Source: Plasmodiophora brassicae
Lineage: Eukaryota
NCBI GenBank assembly: GCA_036867785.1
Contig: CP145421.1
Coordinates: forward strand, 620,001-684,000
Length of the DNA stretch: 64,000 nt
Reading direction: 5' to 3'
How positions within the stretch are numbered: the first letter of the stretch is position 1; every line of letters begins with the position of its first letter. Of this stretch, positions 47,949-60,199 are shown in pieces. The notes under the pieces were generated by a model. It was not told the DNA's origin, did no database searches, and saw only the letters and a list, made by a program, of their open reading frames with translations. A program made the translations under genes and the position numbers.

Positions 47949-48632
47949 CGCCACGCGATACGCGCCGGCACGGACGCCCACGCCCGACTGAGTGAATGGG
48001 ACGGAACTCCAGCGATGTCACGGACGCACCTTGGCGGCGATCGGCAAAAAAATGGGCCGACGGCCATCCGGATTTATATATTTTTTTGGGTCGTGCGTGG
48101 CCTCGCGCGGGCGCCCGTGGCTTGTGGCACGGAGCAACGCTGCGGCGCTTTGGGGCAGCTCCTGGCCAGAGCGTCCGCAGGCCGCAAGGTTCCCTCCCCC
48201 CGGGCCGGACGCTCCCTGTCCACGTCTCTCGCATTCCATCCCTGTCTGAGGGGGAGGGGAGGCACCCTGAAGTGCCTTCGGTCGTTCAACGGGTTTTTGA
48301 TGCATCATCCAGCGCTGATTATAAGGATCCCTCCTGGGACGTCGACTGCACGTCGGCGGCAATCGTTTGGGTGTGCGACGACGCCCCGCGAGTTGGGGCG
48401 GCGTTCGTCGCCCTGGCCTCGTGCAGAATGGCGTCGGCAAAAGCCGGCCCTGCGAGCCGGACGTTCGCCCGTTGCGGCTTGCGCGTTGGCATCGGCGATT
48501 GCGCGTTGCGGGTCGGGTCCTAATCAGGCGCCCGGAGACAGGCGGGACGGGACTGCCCCGGGTCCCATCGTCGGGCAACAACGGGCGTAACGCCGCCAGG
48601 CGATCGCGGCGCGGCACTCTCCTCGTCATCGC

Positions 48633-50310
48633 ATGGGGTCGGCGTGCCACGAGGCGAACGCGACGACGATGCTGACGCGCCCCGGGAAGCGGGCGCGGCT
48701 CGACCGGACCGGTCGGGACCTGCTCGCGCTGCCCGCCGACATCATCGCCTTCATCCTGTCGTGCATGGGCCTCGATGACCTGGCGGTCGCGTTCCGATGC
48801 TGCCGCCGGATGCGCTCGATCATGACCCGGTACGATGCGTTCGTCTACCGGCGCCATGTCGCCAATCCCGATTTCGTGGCGCACGTCGCCACCTGGACGA
48901 CCTCCTGGAGGACGATGGCCATGCAGCAGAACGCGTGCATCTTCTGCATGAAGTGCCAGACCATCCGCCCTGTAGGAACGGGGTCCCACCGAATGACGCC
49001 GCCGCGTTGTCTGACCAGCGTTCCAGGCGCAGGCCTCGATAGCGTCGCCGGCTGGCACCATGTGCGTCGTCTGCGCTCCCGCCGATCGCATCCTGCACGT
49101 GCACTGTGCCAAGAACGCGTTCCTGTTCACGACGAACGACGTACGAGAGGTCATGGCCCGGAAGCCGGGCGGCATGCCGGTGCGTTCGTCCCGATGGATC
49201 ACGGTCGGCGAGGCACGCGAACGCCTTGGGTCGACGACCACGCTGCCCGATCTGCTCGAGCGCCACCGCCAGATCATCTGGTCGAGGCAGGCGCGCCCCG
49301 GCGAACAACGCCTGATCCGCAGCCGACGCCGGCAACGTCTGGACGCGTTCCTCGGTGCACGACGCCTCCAGGTCGATGGGCCCGTCGACGAGGCCGACAG
49401 TTACGTCCTGTCGGGGCGGCCTGCCATGAAGGTCGTTGCGGCGGCCGCGTTCCGCGCATGGCTTCGTCAGAACTGGGCGCTGTTCCTCGCGGGTACCCGC
49501 CCGTCCGATGCCGCTTGCCTGCGATTCCTGTCGCTGCCGATGGCAAAGTTCGTGGCCACGATCAACCAAGACCGTCCGGGCCCGCCGGTTCTGGTCGGCA
49601 TTGGCGCGACGGCACACCTCTATCCACGCGTGTTCGAGGAGGAGGTCGCCGTCATGGTGCAAAGCCTGCCGTTCGTCGCGGACGACGTTGACGCCGTCGT
49701 GCGAGCCGCCGGTCTCGACTCGGATCCGGCTGCGGTTGCGCTCGAGTTCATCGGCGCCGTCATCAAAGGTGCCGACCTCGACGGGCGAATGGCCAGGCGG
49801 TTCCAGAGCGTCCTCCAGCGCCCGCTTCAGGAACGAACAAGGCTGATGGCCCAGTTCTCGGCGACGCAGGTCGTCTGGGAAAGGGCATGCGCCAACAGTC
49901 GCGATCCGTCATCGCTGATCGCGGCGATCGATAAGGAGCTGGAGTCGGCCGCAGCGTGGTCGCTGGAGACGCGCACCGCTGTTATGGACGCGCTGTTCAC
50001 CGTCACTACCGATGCTGCGTCGTGCCCGCCCGTGTACATCCAGGCGTACCTGATCGAGTTCATCAAGGCCATGCAGCTGGACATCCTGGCGCTGGTCGCC
50101 AGCAACCAGACCATCCAGCACATGTACTCGCTGCGGGAGCTGTCCATCGCCATGACGAAGCTCATGGCGCGCGACACGCTCCCATGCCATGTGCGCGAGA
50201 AGATCACCACCATGAGCAGCGTCATCCAGAACTACTGCGTCAGGCGCCCTACCGCGCGGCCCGCCAGATGCCACAGGCACGCGATGCATTCACAGACGAA
50301 CGGGTTTTAG
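48633..50310 (+). CDS. F-box protein with a Cys-rich middle region
   Basis: F-box LLALPADIIAFILSCM..DL....CCRRMR; CxxC pairs; intron ~48972-49030 joins to the 49060-50310 frame. Confidence 0.7.
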
Positions 50311-50491
50311 TCATCATCTAAACCGTGACATGGCAGTGCCGCGTTTGACTGGCACGGCGATTGCAGCGTCGGATGTCGCGGACAGCGTTTTGCGCCACTG
50401 ACGCCGGTAGCGACGGGAATAGCGCTTCGTGGTTGGGGCCGGGCGAGGCCGCGCAGCCGGACAGCGGCGCGATACGGCGTGGTTAATGGCG

Positions 50492-51195
50492 ATGCAGAGA
50501 TTCTTCGGGAAGAAGAAGGATGGGAAGCCGCCGGTGACGCTGGATGATGCCAGCGCCAGCATGGACGCGCGCGGCGACCAGCTGTCGGCGAAGATCAAGA
50601 AGCTGGATCAGGAGCTGGCCGCGCACAAGACGGCGCTGGCGAACGCGAAGACGCCGGGCGCGAAGAACCTCATCAAGCAGAAGGCGATGCGGACGCTGAA
50701 GCAGAAGCGCATGTATGAAGCGCAGATGGAGACGATGGGCAATCAGCAGTTCAATATCGATCAGACGCGGCTGACGCAGCAGGGCCTGCAGGATTCGATC
50801 ACCATGGTGCAGGCGATGAAGGTTGCCAACAAGGAGCTCAAGAAACAGTTCAAGCAGGTCAACGTCGCCGAGGTCGAAGACCTACGGGACGACATGGAGG
50901 ACCTGCTCGAGGTACGATTTGTCAACTGCTGCTGGGTCGTGCGTGTGTACCGACGTTCGGATGACAGGATGCCGATGCCATGAACGAAATCCTAGGGCAA
51001 TCGTTCGGTGTGCCCGCAGATATTGACGAGGATGCCCTGCTCGACGAGCTCGATGCACTGGATGAGCAGATCCTACAGGAGGAGGAAGCCCCTGCGTACT
51101 TGACGGAATCGTCGAGCGTCCCCGACGCGATACCGTCCATGGAATCTAAACAGGCAGAAACGGCGACAGACGCTCGCCAGGCTCACCTGGCATAA
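50492..51195 (+). CDS. CHMP5: ESCRT-III Snf7-family protein CHMP5/Vps60
   Basis: MQRFFGKKK, KIKKLDQEL, KQKAMRTLKQKRMYE, QQFNIDQ, DIDEDALLDELDAL. Confidence 0.93.
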
Positions 51196-51407
51196 AATAT
51201 CAATGTTGAGACGACTACGAACCTCCCGCGACTAGTGCATTTCTGCCTACCGCCTACACAGACCTGGACATGGCTTCGCCTATCACTATTGTCCCACGTT
51301 GTGATAGAGCGGATATTCCAGAGCACCGTCACGCGTGGTAGCGGCGAGCAGCATGGAATACAATATTATGCTCGTTCATGCTATGATACATAATCTCACA
51401 TGCCCTG

Positions 51408-54400
51408 TCACTTGGCTTTACGGGTGCGCTTGGATTTCGCAGGCCTCTTCGCACCAACAACAGCCTTTGTCGTCTTACGACCCGGGCGTTTCTTTGCGCT
51501 CGAAGACGTTTCGGTCTGGGCAGCGTCATCGTGTTCGTCAGACGTATTGACAGATGACCAGTGAGGCGCCTCTTCGACAATAGCCTATACCCAGGGTCGG
51601 CTTAGTCTTGAGCACCAACTCAATCGGAACCAAATCTGTTACCTTCTCGAGGCGGTCTAGATCAGCAAGCCACATTTCGTCTATAGTTCGCGATTTCAGG
51701 GTGTCGAGCTCAGCAGAGCATGCGGAATGTTCAGCGCGAAGCGAATCAAGCTTGTCCTGACTGATACTAAGCAGAGGCATCCCAAGCAGGTAGTCGAATG
51801 AGCCATTTCTCAATCGATACTTCTGCCGATCAAGCTCATCGACCAGTTGCGCCTTGCGACGTCCCCGAATCACGAGCTTGTCGGATGCGACGGCTTCAAT
51901 AAAACGAAGTCGATTGTGTAGCGTCTCCAACTGCTCGATGAGCTCATCCTCCAAGATCTGTTTCCTCCTCTTGTAGAACTGCCGTCGTAACTGTACGAAT
52001 TCGTCGAGTATGCCATCGACCGAATCGTACCGTCGCAAACAGCCGCCCACATCAAACAGAACCATGTTGGTCAGCGACAATGCCGAACGAAGTCGGAACA
52101 TCTTCAGGAGGTCATCCTTCGTCAGAGCGTCCGTAGCGGCTTGTTTCGAAAGCCGAACCACGAACCGAACACGCTCATCAGTGTGATGTGCTTCATGAGA
52201 CGTGATCGACCCCGAGACGAGCAACGAGTCTAGATATTCTTTGTAGGATGTCGTCGACCTTCCAATAGGAAGTTCCAATATCTCGACTGTTCGACGGTCA
52301 TCAAGAATACGGATAACTCCATCGGTTAGCAGACCCGCGGGTGAAGGTCGGCGACTCATTCTCCCTGCGAAGCCCCGGTAATGTGGAAATAGGTCGTCGG
52401 TCGACTTTCTTCCAGAGATCATCTTCCTCAGACGCGAAATGATTTGAAGCGGGCAGTGGTTGGGGATATTGGACGACCAGCCGGTTCCGATTCCAGTGGA
52501 GCCTGCACCGCACGATTAACACCAAACATCCAACGAGAACAGTGTTTCCGCACCGTTGACAAGCACCATCGGAATTGTCGGAACGTAAAATTCCGGTTCG
52601 ATCACCATTTCGTCTTCGACAGTACTCTTTAACAGCTTGTCATCAGAGGCAACGAAGATGTCCCTGCCCAACAGGTCAGCTGTGAACGTCGTTCGAACAG
52701 GGATCTGCCCACCGAGTCCATGGCATCAGCCGGGTGAATATATAACGAGATGACGCAGCGTCCTGTCCAGCAGCGTGGCGAGTGCCAAACTGACCACTGG
52801 GCTCCAGTAAGTTGATGTTGTTGCTGCCAACGAAGTTCTGGGCTAGGCCAACGATCGTGTTACACAACGCCACTTCTCCATGATGATAGGCGGTGTGTTC
52901 TGTGGATCCTGGATGTTAAACGCGAGGTCGGCACTGGAAACATGACTCCGACGTACCTGCAACGTAGCCCGCCAGTTGAGCCACCTTGATTTCTTGACTC
53001 AGATTACGTTTGAAGCATGCATAGAGAATCTTGCGCTGGCCAGGTTTCAAGCCATCTGCAAGCGAAGGTATTGACCGAATATTGTCCGCCATTGAGAACA
53101 GGATGAGTTCGCGGTTGACGAAATCACTGAAAGTGACAGCACCTACCACGACGGTCAGGAACTCAATCCTGTTAATATCACGTGAGATACCTTTGGAATA
53201 GTCGATTGAAGTGCCGGGTTTGATCTGCGCGAGCCACTCTTTTCGGTCATCGGAGCGGTCTGCCTTGAAGCACAAATCGATAAGGTCGTCATCCTCCTTC
53301 CGAGGACCCCATTTGAACGAAACTCGGTGCTGGCCAAGATGGCTAAAGTATTCTTTGGCCTCTGCAGCCGAACTCGTTCCTGGAATTGACAGTTACTATA
53401 CAGTGAACATCACAGTGCGCTGATACCACGTACCAAGACCCTTGTAGTATTTGGCTTTCCAGTCGGTATGACGGGCCCGCCACGCTTCGTAATCCGGAAG
53501 TGTGAAGAAGTGCTTCTCTCGATCGCCCTTACGGCATCGAACGATCGGGGTCACGAACTGGGTCAGGAAGCCAGGAATTCGCAGGAGGTCCGGCCAGAAG
53601 TTATGGATCATGTTGATCACGAGTCCTTTGATGTGGGAGCCGTCATGATCTTGGTCAGCCATCAACATCACTTGACCGTATCGCAACTCGCTCACATCCG
53701 TGTACTTCTTTCCCGTCTGGAGACCTAAGATCTGCTTCAAGTACAGAAGCTCCTGCAGGACGGCATTTAGCAGTGGAACAAGTCGACACACCGTTGACAT
53801 CACCTTGTTATCAGCAATCTGAGATGCCGACGCGTCCCGAACGTTAAGGAGCTTTCCTCTCAGCGGATAAACACCGAACCGATCGCGGCCAAGCACAGAG
53901 AGACCGCTGACGGCGAGAGCCTTTGCCGAGTCCCCTTCCGTCAGTATCAGACAGCACTGGGCGGCGTTCCTTCCACCGGCCCAGTTCGCGTCTTCGAGTT
54001 TGGGGACAAGTACCTGGCAGAGACCGTAGGAACGCGTGACGACATGCGCACCTCAAGAAAGGAAACCGTACCTGCTTCAGCTTGCGGCCATCCGTCTTCT
54101 TTAGTATCTCGCGGGAGCGTTTCTCGGCAGCAGTTAGAATGTTGTCGACAATCTTCGTATTGAACCGGATTGCCTCAAGAGCAGAATGGGACAGTGTCGC
54201 GTGCTTGGCAAACGTATTCGCAGGGGTGGTGAGCATTTCCTGAAACAACAAGTTAGACAGCGCATTACAGCTAGCCCCCACAGTGCAAACCTTTGTCTGG
54301 GATTCAAAGGCCGGGTTGGCGACAGTACATATAAGGAAGACGTGGAGGAAGTCCTTAATTCGGGGTGTGGATGAGCCACTCCGTCTCAGTTCTTTCTCAA

Positions 54401-55500
54401 CAACCCCAGATAGATAATGACGAATTTGGGCGACAACGGCGTCGACATGCGACCCGCCTCTCATGGTGGCGACGCTGTTGACGAAACTAGTCGACTCGAA
54501 GCGACCCGAGGACGTAGGGCCAACGGCCAACTGCCATTGCTTATTGACATTGATCGACGCGAATTCGGACGCGTCAAGGCCAGCGTGCAGAGCGATGTAG
54601 TCTGCCAACGAGGGGACCTTCAATGAGCGACCGTTCAGGCGGACATCAAGACGCGGATTGCACGCTGCGATATCAACAACACGGCGCTGCATGAGCGACA
54701 GGATATCAGCGTCGATGTCGTCCAGCAGAAACCGCTTCAAATCAGGGCGGAACGTAATTCGCGTCCATGACGATTTGGATCCTTTCTCAGACCGGTCTTT
54801 AACCTGAGGGTCAGAGCGGTTCATCATGTTGTCTGTAGGGAAGTCAAGATGGTGCCAGGCGCACACATTCTGTCGCGTATACCTGTAAAGAGCTGATGGA
54901 ATTCGAGCTTGCGCGACGCATCATAGACCCTGACGTCGAACGAGTTCGAGAAGATGTTGACGAGTTTGGCTCCGTATCTGGGAACAATCGTGAGTGTGGC
55001 AGACCCCGCAAGCCTAGGCACTCTGTGGCGACGCACCCATGCCGTCCACCAGTAAATCGCTCCCGTTCGTCATCGAAGTTGCTTGATGTCAGCAGATGGC
55101 CAAAGACCAGCTCAGGAACGTAGATCATCTCAGCGGGATGTATGGCAACCGGCAGAGCGCTGCCGTCGTTCTCGACACAGATTTCGCCTTTCTTCGCATT
55201 GATCTTCACGTCGATGTACGACATCTTCGCGGCCCTCGGCTGATCTCTCGCTTGATTATCGGCAGCATTCACGAGTATCTCATCGAAGATCTTCAGCAGC
55301 CCAGGGACATACTTCACATCGCGGCACACGATCCGCTTCTTCACGTCATCCCAGACCCACAGTGTCCGCTCCTGCACCTGCAGCGGGCCGACATACATCT
55401 CCGGGCGCAGAAGGACGTGCTCGCGCGCTGTCATCCTCTGGTACTGCTTTTCCAACGTTGCAGTTGACAAACGACGACTCGCCCATCGCACCCGCCACAT
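51408..55500 (-). CDS. TOP2: DNA topoisomerase II (type IIA), short C-terminal tail, putative organellar presequence
   Basis: EHVLLRPEMYVG, KIFDEILVNAAD, LTSSNFDD, TEGDSA, PLRGKLLNV, MADQDHDGSHIKGL, YYKGLG, DGLKPGQRK, YHHGE, SSRYIFT. Confidence 0.96.
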
Positions 55501-55858
55501 ACGCCACAAGGGATAATTTGTCACCGGCCGGCGGCAGGGCCACGGCCCTTTCGCAATCGCGCGTCGGTGCTGCAGCAAGCACGCCGCTGCAGTGCAGTCG
55601 CGGGGTCCGCCGTCAGCGTGGAATTCCTTCCAGAGTACTCACCGTTCTTGAACCACCCGTGCGAAGAGGTCGTCGTTCTTGCCAAGATTCGCATTAGGCG
55701 AAGTTCTGCGTCAGCGTCATGGGTTCATTGCTGCTCCGCTTTTTCGTGGGACGCGGGACACGACGACCGGCTAGTGGGTCGAATCGGACCGACGTACGTG
55801 GACGGAGGGCGCCCATGAAGTGATGCCTATTTGAAGAAGTGGATCGCATCTGTATTCT

Positions 55859-55987
55859 TACATAGCTGATGCGTTGTAGAGAGCGGCGATTACGGGCAAG
55901 GGCGATGAAGTGACCAGAATGACAGGAGTTGATCATTTCATCACCCTTGCCCGTAATCGCCGCTCTTTACGACGCATCAGCTATGTA
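55859..55987 (+). repeat. 55-bp inverted repeat with 19-nt loop (candidate hairpin RNA)
   Basis: Arms 55859-55913 and 55933-55987; four mismatches, three of which are G-U pairs on the + strand. Confidence 0.9.
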
Positions 55988-57175
55988 TTCATAATACATT
56001 ACAGAAGTCCCTGAAGCCTTAGGGCGCAATGCTGCCAATGCACATCTCGCCAGACGCAATGCGCGCAGTCGCAATGCGGTAGTACGGCGTCCGTGGATCC
56101 GTGGGCGGCAACCATCACTTCATCTGGAGGTGGACCACGAACGATGTGTCCAGCCTACGGTAGGCAGGTTCGTCAATGCGTCGCAATTACATAACCACTT
56201 TTCGGATTGCCGTGAGCTTGATGTATAGCCATTCACGATTCAGAAGTACAGCGACAGGCGCGAGATGTCTCGTTTGCTGGTTGTCCTCCTCCGTCGACAG
56301 CAAACGAGAAATCTCGCGCCAGTTTCTGTATCCCTGGACCGTGGATGGCTGTGCATCAAGCTTTGCACTGGCTTCCTTGGACTTGAGGCGCTTTTTGATC
56401 GACGTGTCAGACTCTTGCAATAGTCGCATGACGCCGGTCTACAACGGTGCGACCGTTCGGGCGACCACCCGCGTCGTGGTCTGGATCAACATCATACCGA
56501 CCCAAGTTGACCGTCAGATCGACGACGGCGGGCCGCCCTTCGAACCATGAGGATTTCGGTACCTGGTGGAGTCCATGTCATTACATATTAGTTTTGCCTA
56601 CGACAAACGGAAACTGATGCACCAATTGAAGTCCCCTTCCAGGCAGGTCACGGGCGGCCTTGGTAACTGCTGGTTCGATTATATGCGTTCATGTGGCCGG
56701 GCCTGAGGAGACCAGTCGCAGTCAATGGAACGGGACATGCGACTGAGAGCAAGATCGACCAACCGATTCGGAATCTGGTGGAGGCATACCGCCAGCCGGA
56801 AGTACGGGTTCGACAGCTGGTAAGAATTCGATCTACGCGTGAGAATGAGCTTGCAAGCATTGTACGCTGTTGCAGCCTGCAGGCGGGCAACGTACGGTCA
56901 CATCTTGCGGAAACCTGACGTCAGCATGGCCTCCAGATCTTTGCTCAGACCAATGTAGATACCATGAGAGGCGAAGAATGATGCAAGCGTCACTCACTCA
57001 CGTAGCGAACTCGCCTGCACCGTCATCCAGTAGTTGGACTTAGGCGTGCCGGAATGAAGAGAAACCAGTGCAATTTAGACAGGTACCTGTTTAGCTCCTT
57101 CTATATCACATCGATCCATACGATTACCATTTCTAAATGGGCAGGGATTGTGCTTGACCACACGGGTGATCGAGG

Positions 57176-57360
57176 GACAGGACGCGACAACCGCTGAGGG
57201 AACGTTAACGACGACGGTAGAGGTGAAACATGTGATATCACATGTTTCACCTCCTCTTCACATGTTTCACCTCCTCTTCACATGTTTCACCTCCTCTTCA
57301 CATGTTTCACCTCCTCTACCGTCGTCGTTAACGTTCCCTCAGCGGTTGTCGCGTTCTGTC
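57176..57360 (+). repeat. Long palindrome containing four tandem copies of a 20-nt unit (TCACATGTTTCACCTCCTCT)
   Basis: Outer arms of ~47 bp pair; spacerless 34-bp palindrome centred on GAT|ATC near 57237. Confidence 0.93.
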
Positions 57361-57792
57361 GATAAGCCCAAGGAGCAAATCGTTGTTGCGATCACGCGAA
57401 TGGAGATCTTCACTAAATAGCAATGGGCTATGTCAGAGGCTAAAGGAGCCCTGTATCATCATCGGTACATACATCAGCTCATGCTTGAGAATGAAGGGAC
57501 GGGGGGCACGAAGCATTACAAGAGGTCTCCGGATAGTGCATGGCCATGCTTCTGCACGACTCCAGAAACACGTCCCCGCCAACTGGCGAATCGATTGTTT
57601 CGCACCACATGAGACCAATGGCCGATGACAACTAGATCAGAGGAGCAGCTGCTGCTGTGACCTAGCTGGCGCCGATCCGAACGGTCATGATGATGGGGAC
57701 TCGAAGGTTTCTACGGCCTGGGGGTTGGGTTGTATGGTTCCCCACTTGCCACATGTACGGCATACATATTTTACTGGACGAGTAAAGAATGA

Positions 57793-58811
57793 TTACGCGC
57801 AAGGGGCCAACGACACGGTCTGCGATTGACGTAACGGTGTGAGCGCGGCGACCACCCAGGGGTGGTTCATGGCTTCCAGGGCCGTCATCCGCGCGCACGG
57901 CTTCGAGGTCATCAGGCGCGCGATCAGGTGCTTCACCTCGTTCGATGCAGGGATGTCCGACGGGAAGAACGCGCCGTACCCGGATTTCGTGACCGGGTTG
58001 AACCCGGCCAGGACCCGACCGTGGATCGTCTTTGTATCATCGGTATTCCCGAATGGGTCTATGATGGCAAGATTAATCCACAGAAGCGGGGGCGAACCTC
58101 ATGCACAGGCGACTACCGAAGGGGTTGAATCCAAAGATCATGACGAACAGGACGACGCCTAGAGACCAGCAATCGGATGGGAAGGAGTATGACCCAGATA
58201 TAACGTCTGGCGATTGATAGTTCGGTGTCCCGACGATTTCCCGGAGAGGCTCGCCGCCCTGGCACGCCTGCGACATGCCAAAGTCGATTAACCGCAGGCT
58301 ACTGTCACGTTCGTCGGCGAACATGATGTTGCTGAGCTTGATGTCACCATGCACTAGGCTGGGCCAGTGTCAGTGCAACGTGGACGAGGCACCTGCGCGA
58401 TTAGTTAACGTACCGTTCGCGATGGATATGGACGACCGCACGAAGCAGGTTGCCAAATATGTTGGCGGCTGCGGGTTCTGGGACCTTGCCTCCGTATTTC
58501 ATGATACGATCGAACAGGTCGCCCCCGTTGCATTTCTCCATGACGATATGGACGTGTGTCTCGTTCTCGACGACATCGTAGAACTTGACAACGCACGGGT
58601 GACGTATCGTCGTGGCGACCATGACCTCGGAACGCATCAGCATCGCACGGCTACGCTCTCGTTTCGACAACGTCGACACGGGCTTCCTCATGATCTTAAC
58701 GGCGACGGCCTCCTTTGTCTTTCTGTCGATAGCTCCACATACCTGACCATATGATCCAGGGTGCCCGATCGTCTTCTGCAAATCATACCGGTTTTCGAAC
58801 GATTCGGGCAT
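57793..58811 (-). CDS. CAMK/CDPK-like Ser/Thr kinase, catalytic domain only
   Basis: GHPGSYG, VAVK, MEKCNGGDLFDRI, HGDIKLSN, DFG, GTPNYQSPD, DCWSLGV, HPW. Confidence 0.92.
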
Positions 58812-59019
58812 AATTTACGGAATTGGCCAGAGAGCGACGTGCGCTTAAACAAGCCCAGTTAAGAATGCAAGGCCAACAGCCTCATTGCCTGACGACGTCG
58901 ATCGCTGTGCTGTCAGGCGGGCGTGACTCACACGGGCTGCACGAGTGACGTCACCAAACGTGCACTGACCCAACCCAAGCTGGCCCATCTCACACGCCAC
59001 ATGGACATTCTAGAACGCA

Positions 59020-59517
59020 TCATGTTTCTGTATCCCTCGTGATGGTGTTTACCGCCGGATCAGCCGATTTGCACGATACAGGAAACTTCTTTACAAAGCC
59101 ACACGCGCGACACCGAATCGTCAGGAACAGCTCGTTGTTGTCCGCTAGGTTGCCATTCGTCAGGCACGAACAAATATTCAGGATCGTGTCTCCCTTAATG
59201 GCATAGTACCTCGAGTGACACGATATGTAGAAGATTTCCCAGGGATCAGGACCGCATGGCAGCCTTTACACGCGCACCGCTTTGCTTCAGGGGACCTGAC
59301 TTACTGTGAGACTCCATCGGCCCTGCGAGAGGACATCTGAGCATTACAGTCGGAGAACCAGGCGTTTGCTGATTCGCTTCAGGTCCATCTGATACAAGCG
59401 CGCTAGATTGCTCGCAGACTTGCTGGCCTGTCCCTGCACCAGCATGGCCTGTCCGATCTGCGCGAGGTAATTGATGCGCTGCCAGGCATCGGGATCGCGC
59501 CGGTTCTCCTTCACCAT
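59020..59517 (-). CDS. RPP21: RNase P protein subunit Rpp21/Rpr2-like
   Basis: QRINYLAQ..LARLY..ISKRLVLRL, then by hand across introns KRCACKGCHAVLIPG and IRCRACG. Confidence 0.85.
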
Positions 59518-59607
59518 CGGGTGGATGCGTCCCGGAGTGCGCGCCGCACACCGCACCGTTGTTTGAACCGCATTCCACGGGCACATGTGTGTGTATTCGG
59601 CCAATTT

Positions 59608-60199
59608 CTACAGTTTGGAGATGAGTGGTACATCAGGTAGTTTGCCAGACGAGTCTGCCGCGGCGAACAGCTTCGTGTGGGTGCCGCGCGCGATCGTGGC
59701 CCCGTCCATGGTCTCTACCAGAACGGAAGAGAACGCGATCCGCGGTGTGCGTTGCAGGCACGTGGCACGAACCCTAACACGATGGTGAGACCGCGGAAAT
59801 GGACATCGTGGATCGTTTCCTGTGAGTCGCGACCCCCACCTGATCTTTTCGTTGACGGAAGCGGGCTTGAGCAGCGTGGTATTGAGCGCGATGCTGACCC
59901 CAGCGGCATCGGAGGCGGCGCGTTCGGCCTTGAGCACAATCGCCGCCGTTGACGCGATATCAACCAGGGATTCCATTGCGGCGCCATCCATCTTCCCCAT
60001 CGCGTTCGTCATCTGCGATTGGGAGCATTAAGAACCCCGCGAAACATTGACGTTGTGATGCGTGTTAACGAACCGCTTCGTTGATCGTGATCTGGGCCCC
60101 AATTCGTCCCTGCTTCCGGTCTACGTCCGTGAATTTCAACGCACCGAGCAGTGTAGGCGCGAAGCGTCTCCCGTTGACCATTCTCGATAGGCTTTCCAT
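59608..60199 (-). CDS. Hotdog-fold acyl-CoA thioesterase (ACOT13/PaaI-like)
   Basis: TN..G.MDG.....LVD..ST.A, GVSIALNTTLLKPA, IARGTHTK; the usual HGG motif is altered. Confidence 0.78.

Noticed and set aside
56000-57170. Short ORFs between the two hairpins
   Set aside because: No coherent spliced frame or recognisable motif.
57239-57318. Possible CRISPR-like repeat
   Set aside because: Contiguous 20-nt tandem copies without spacers.
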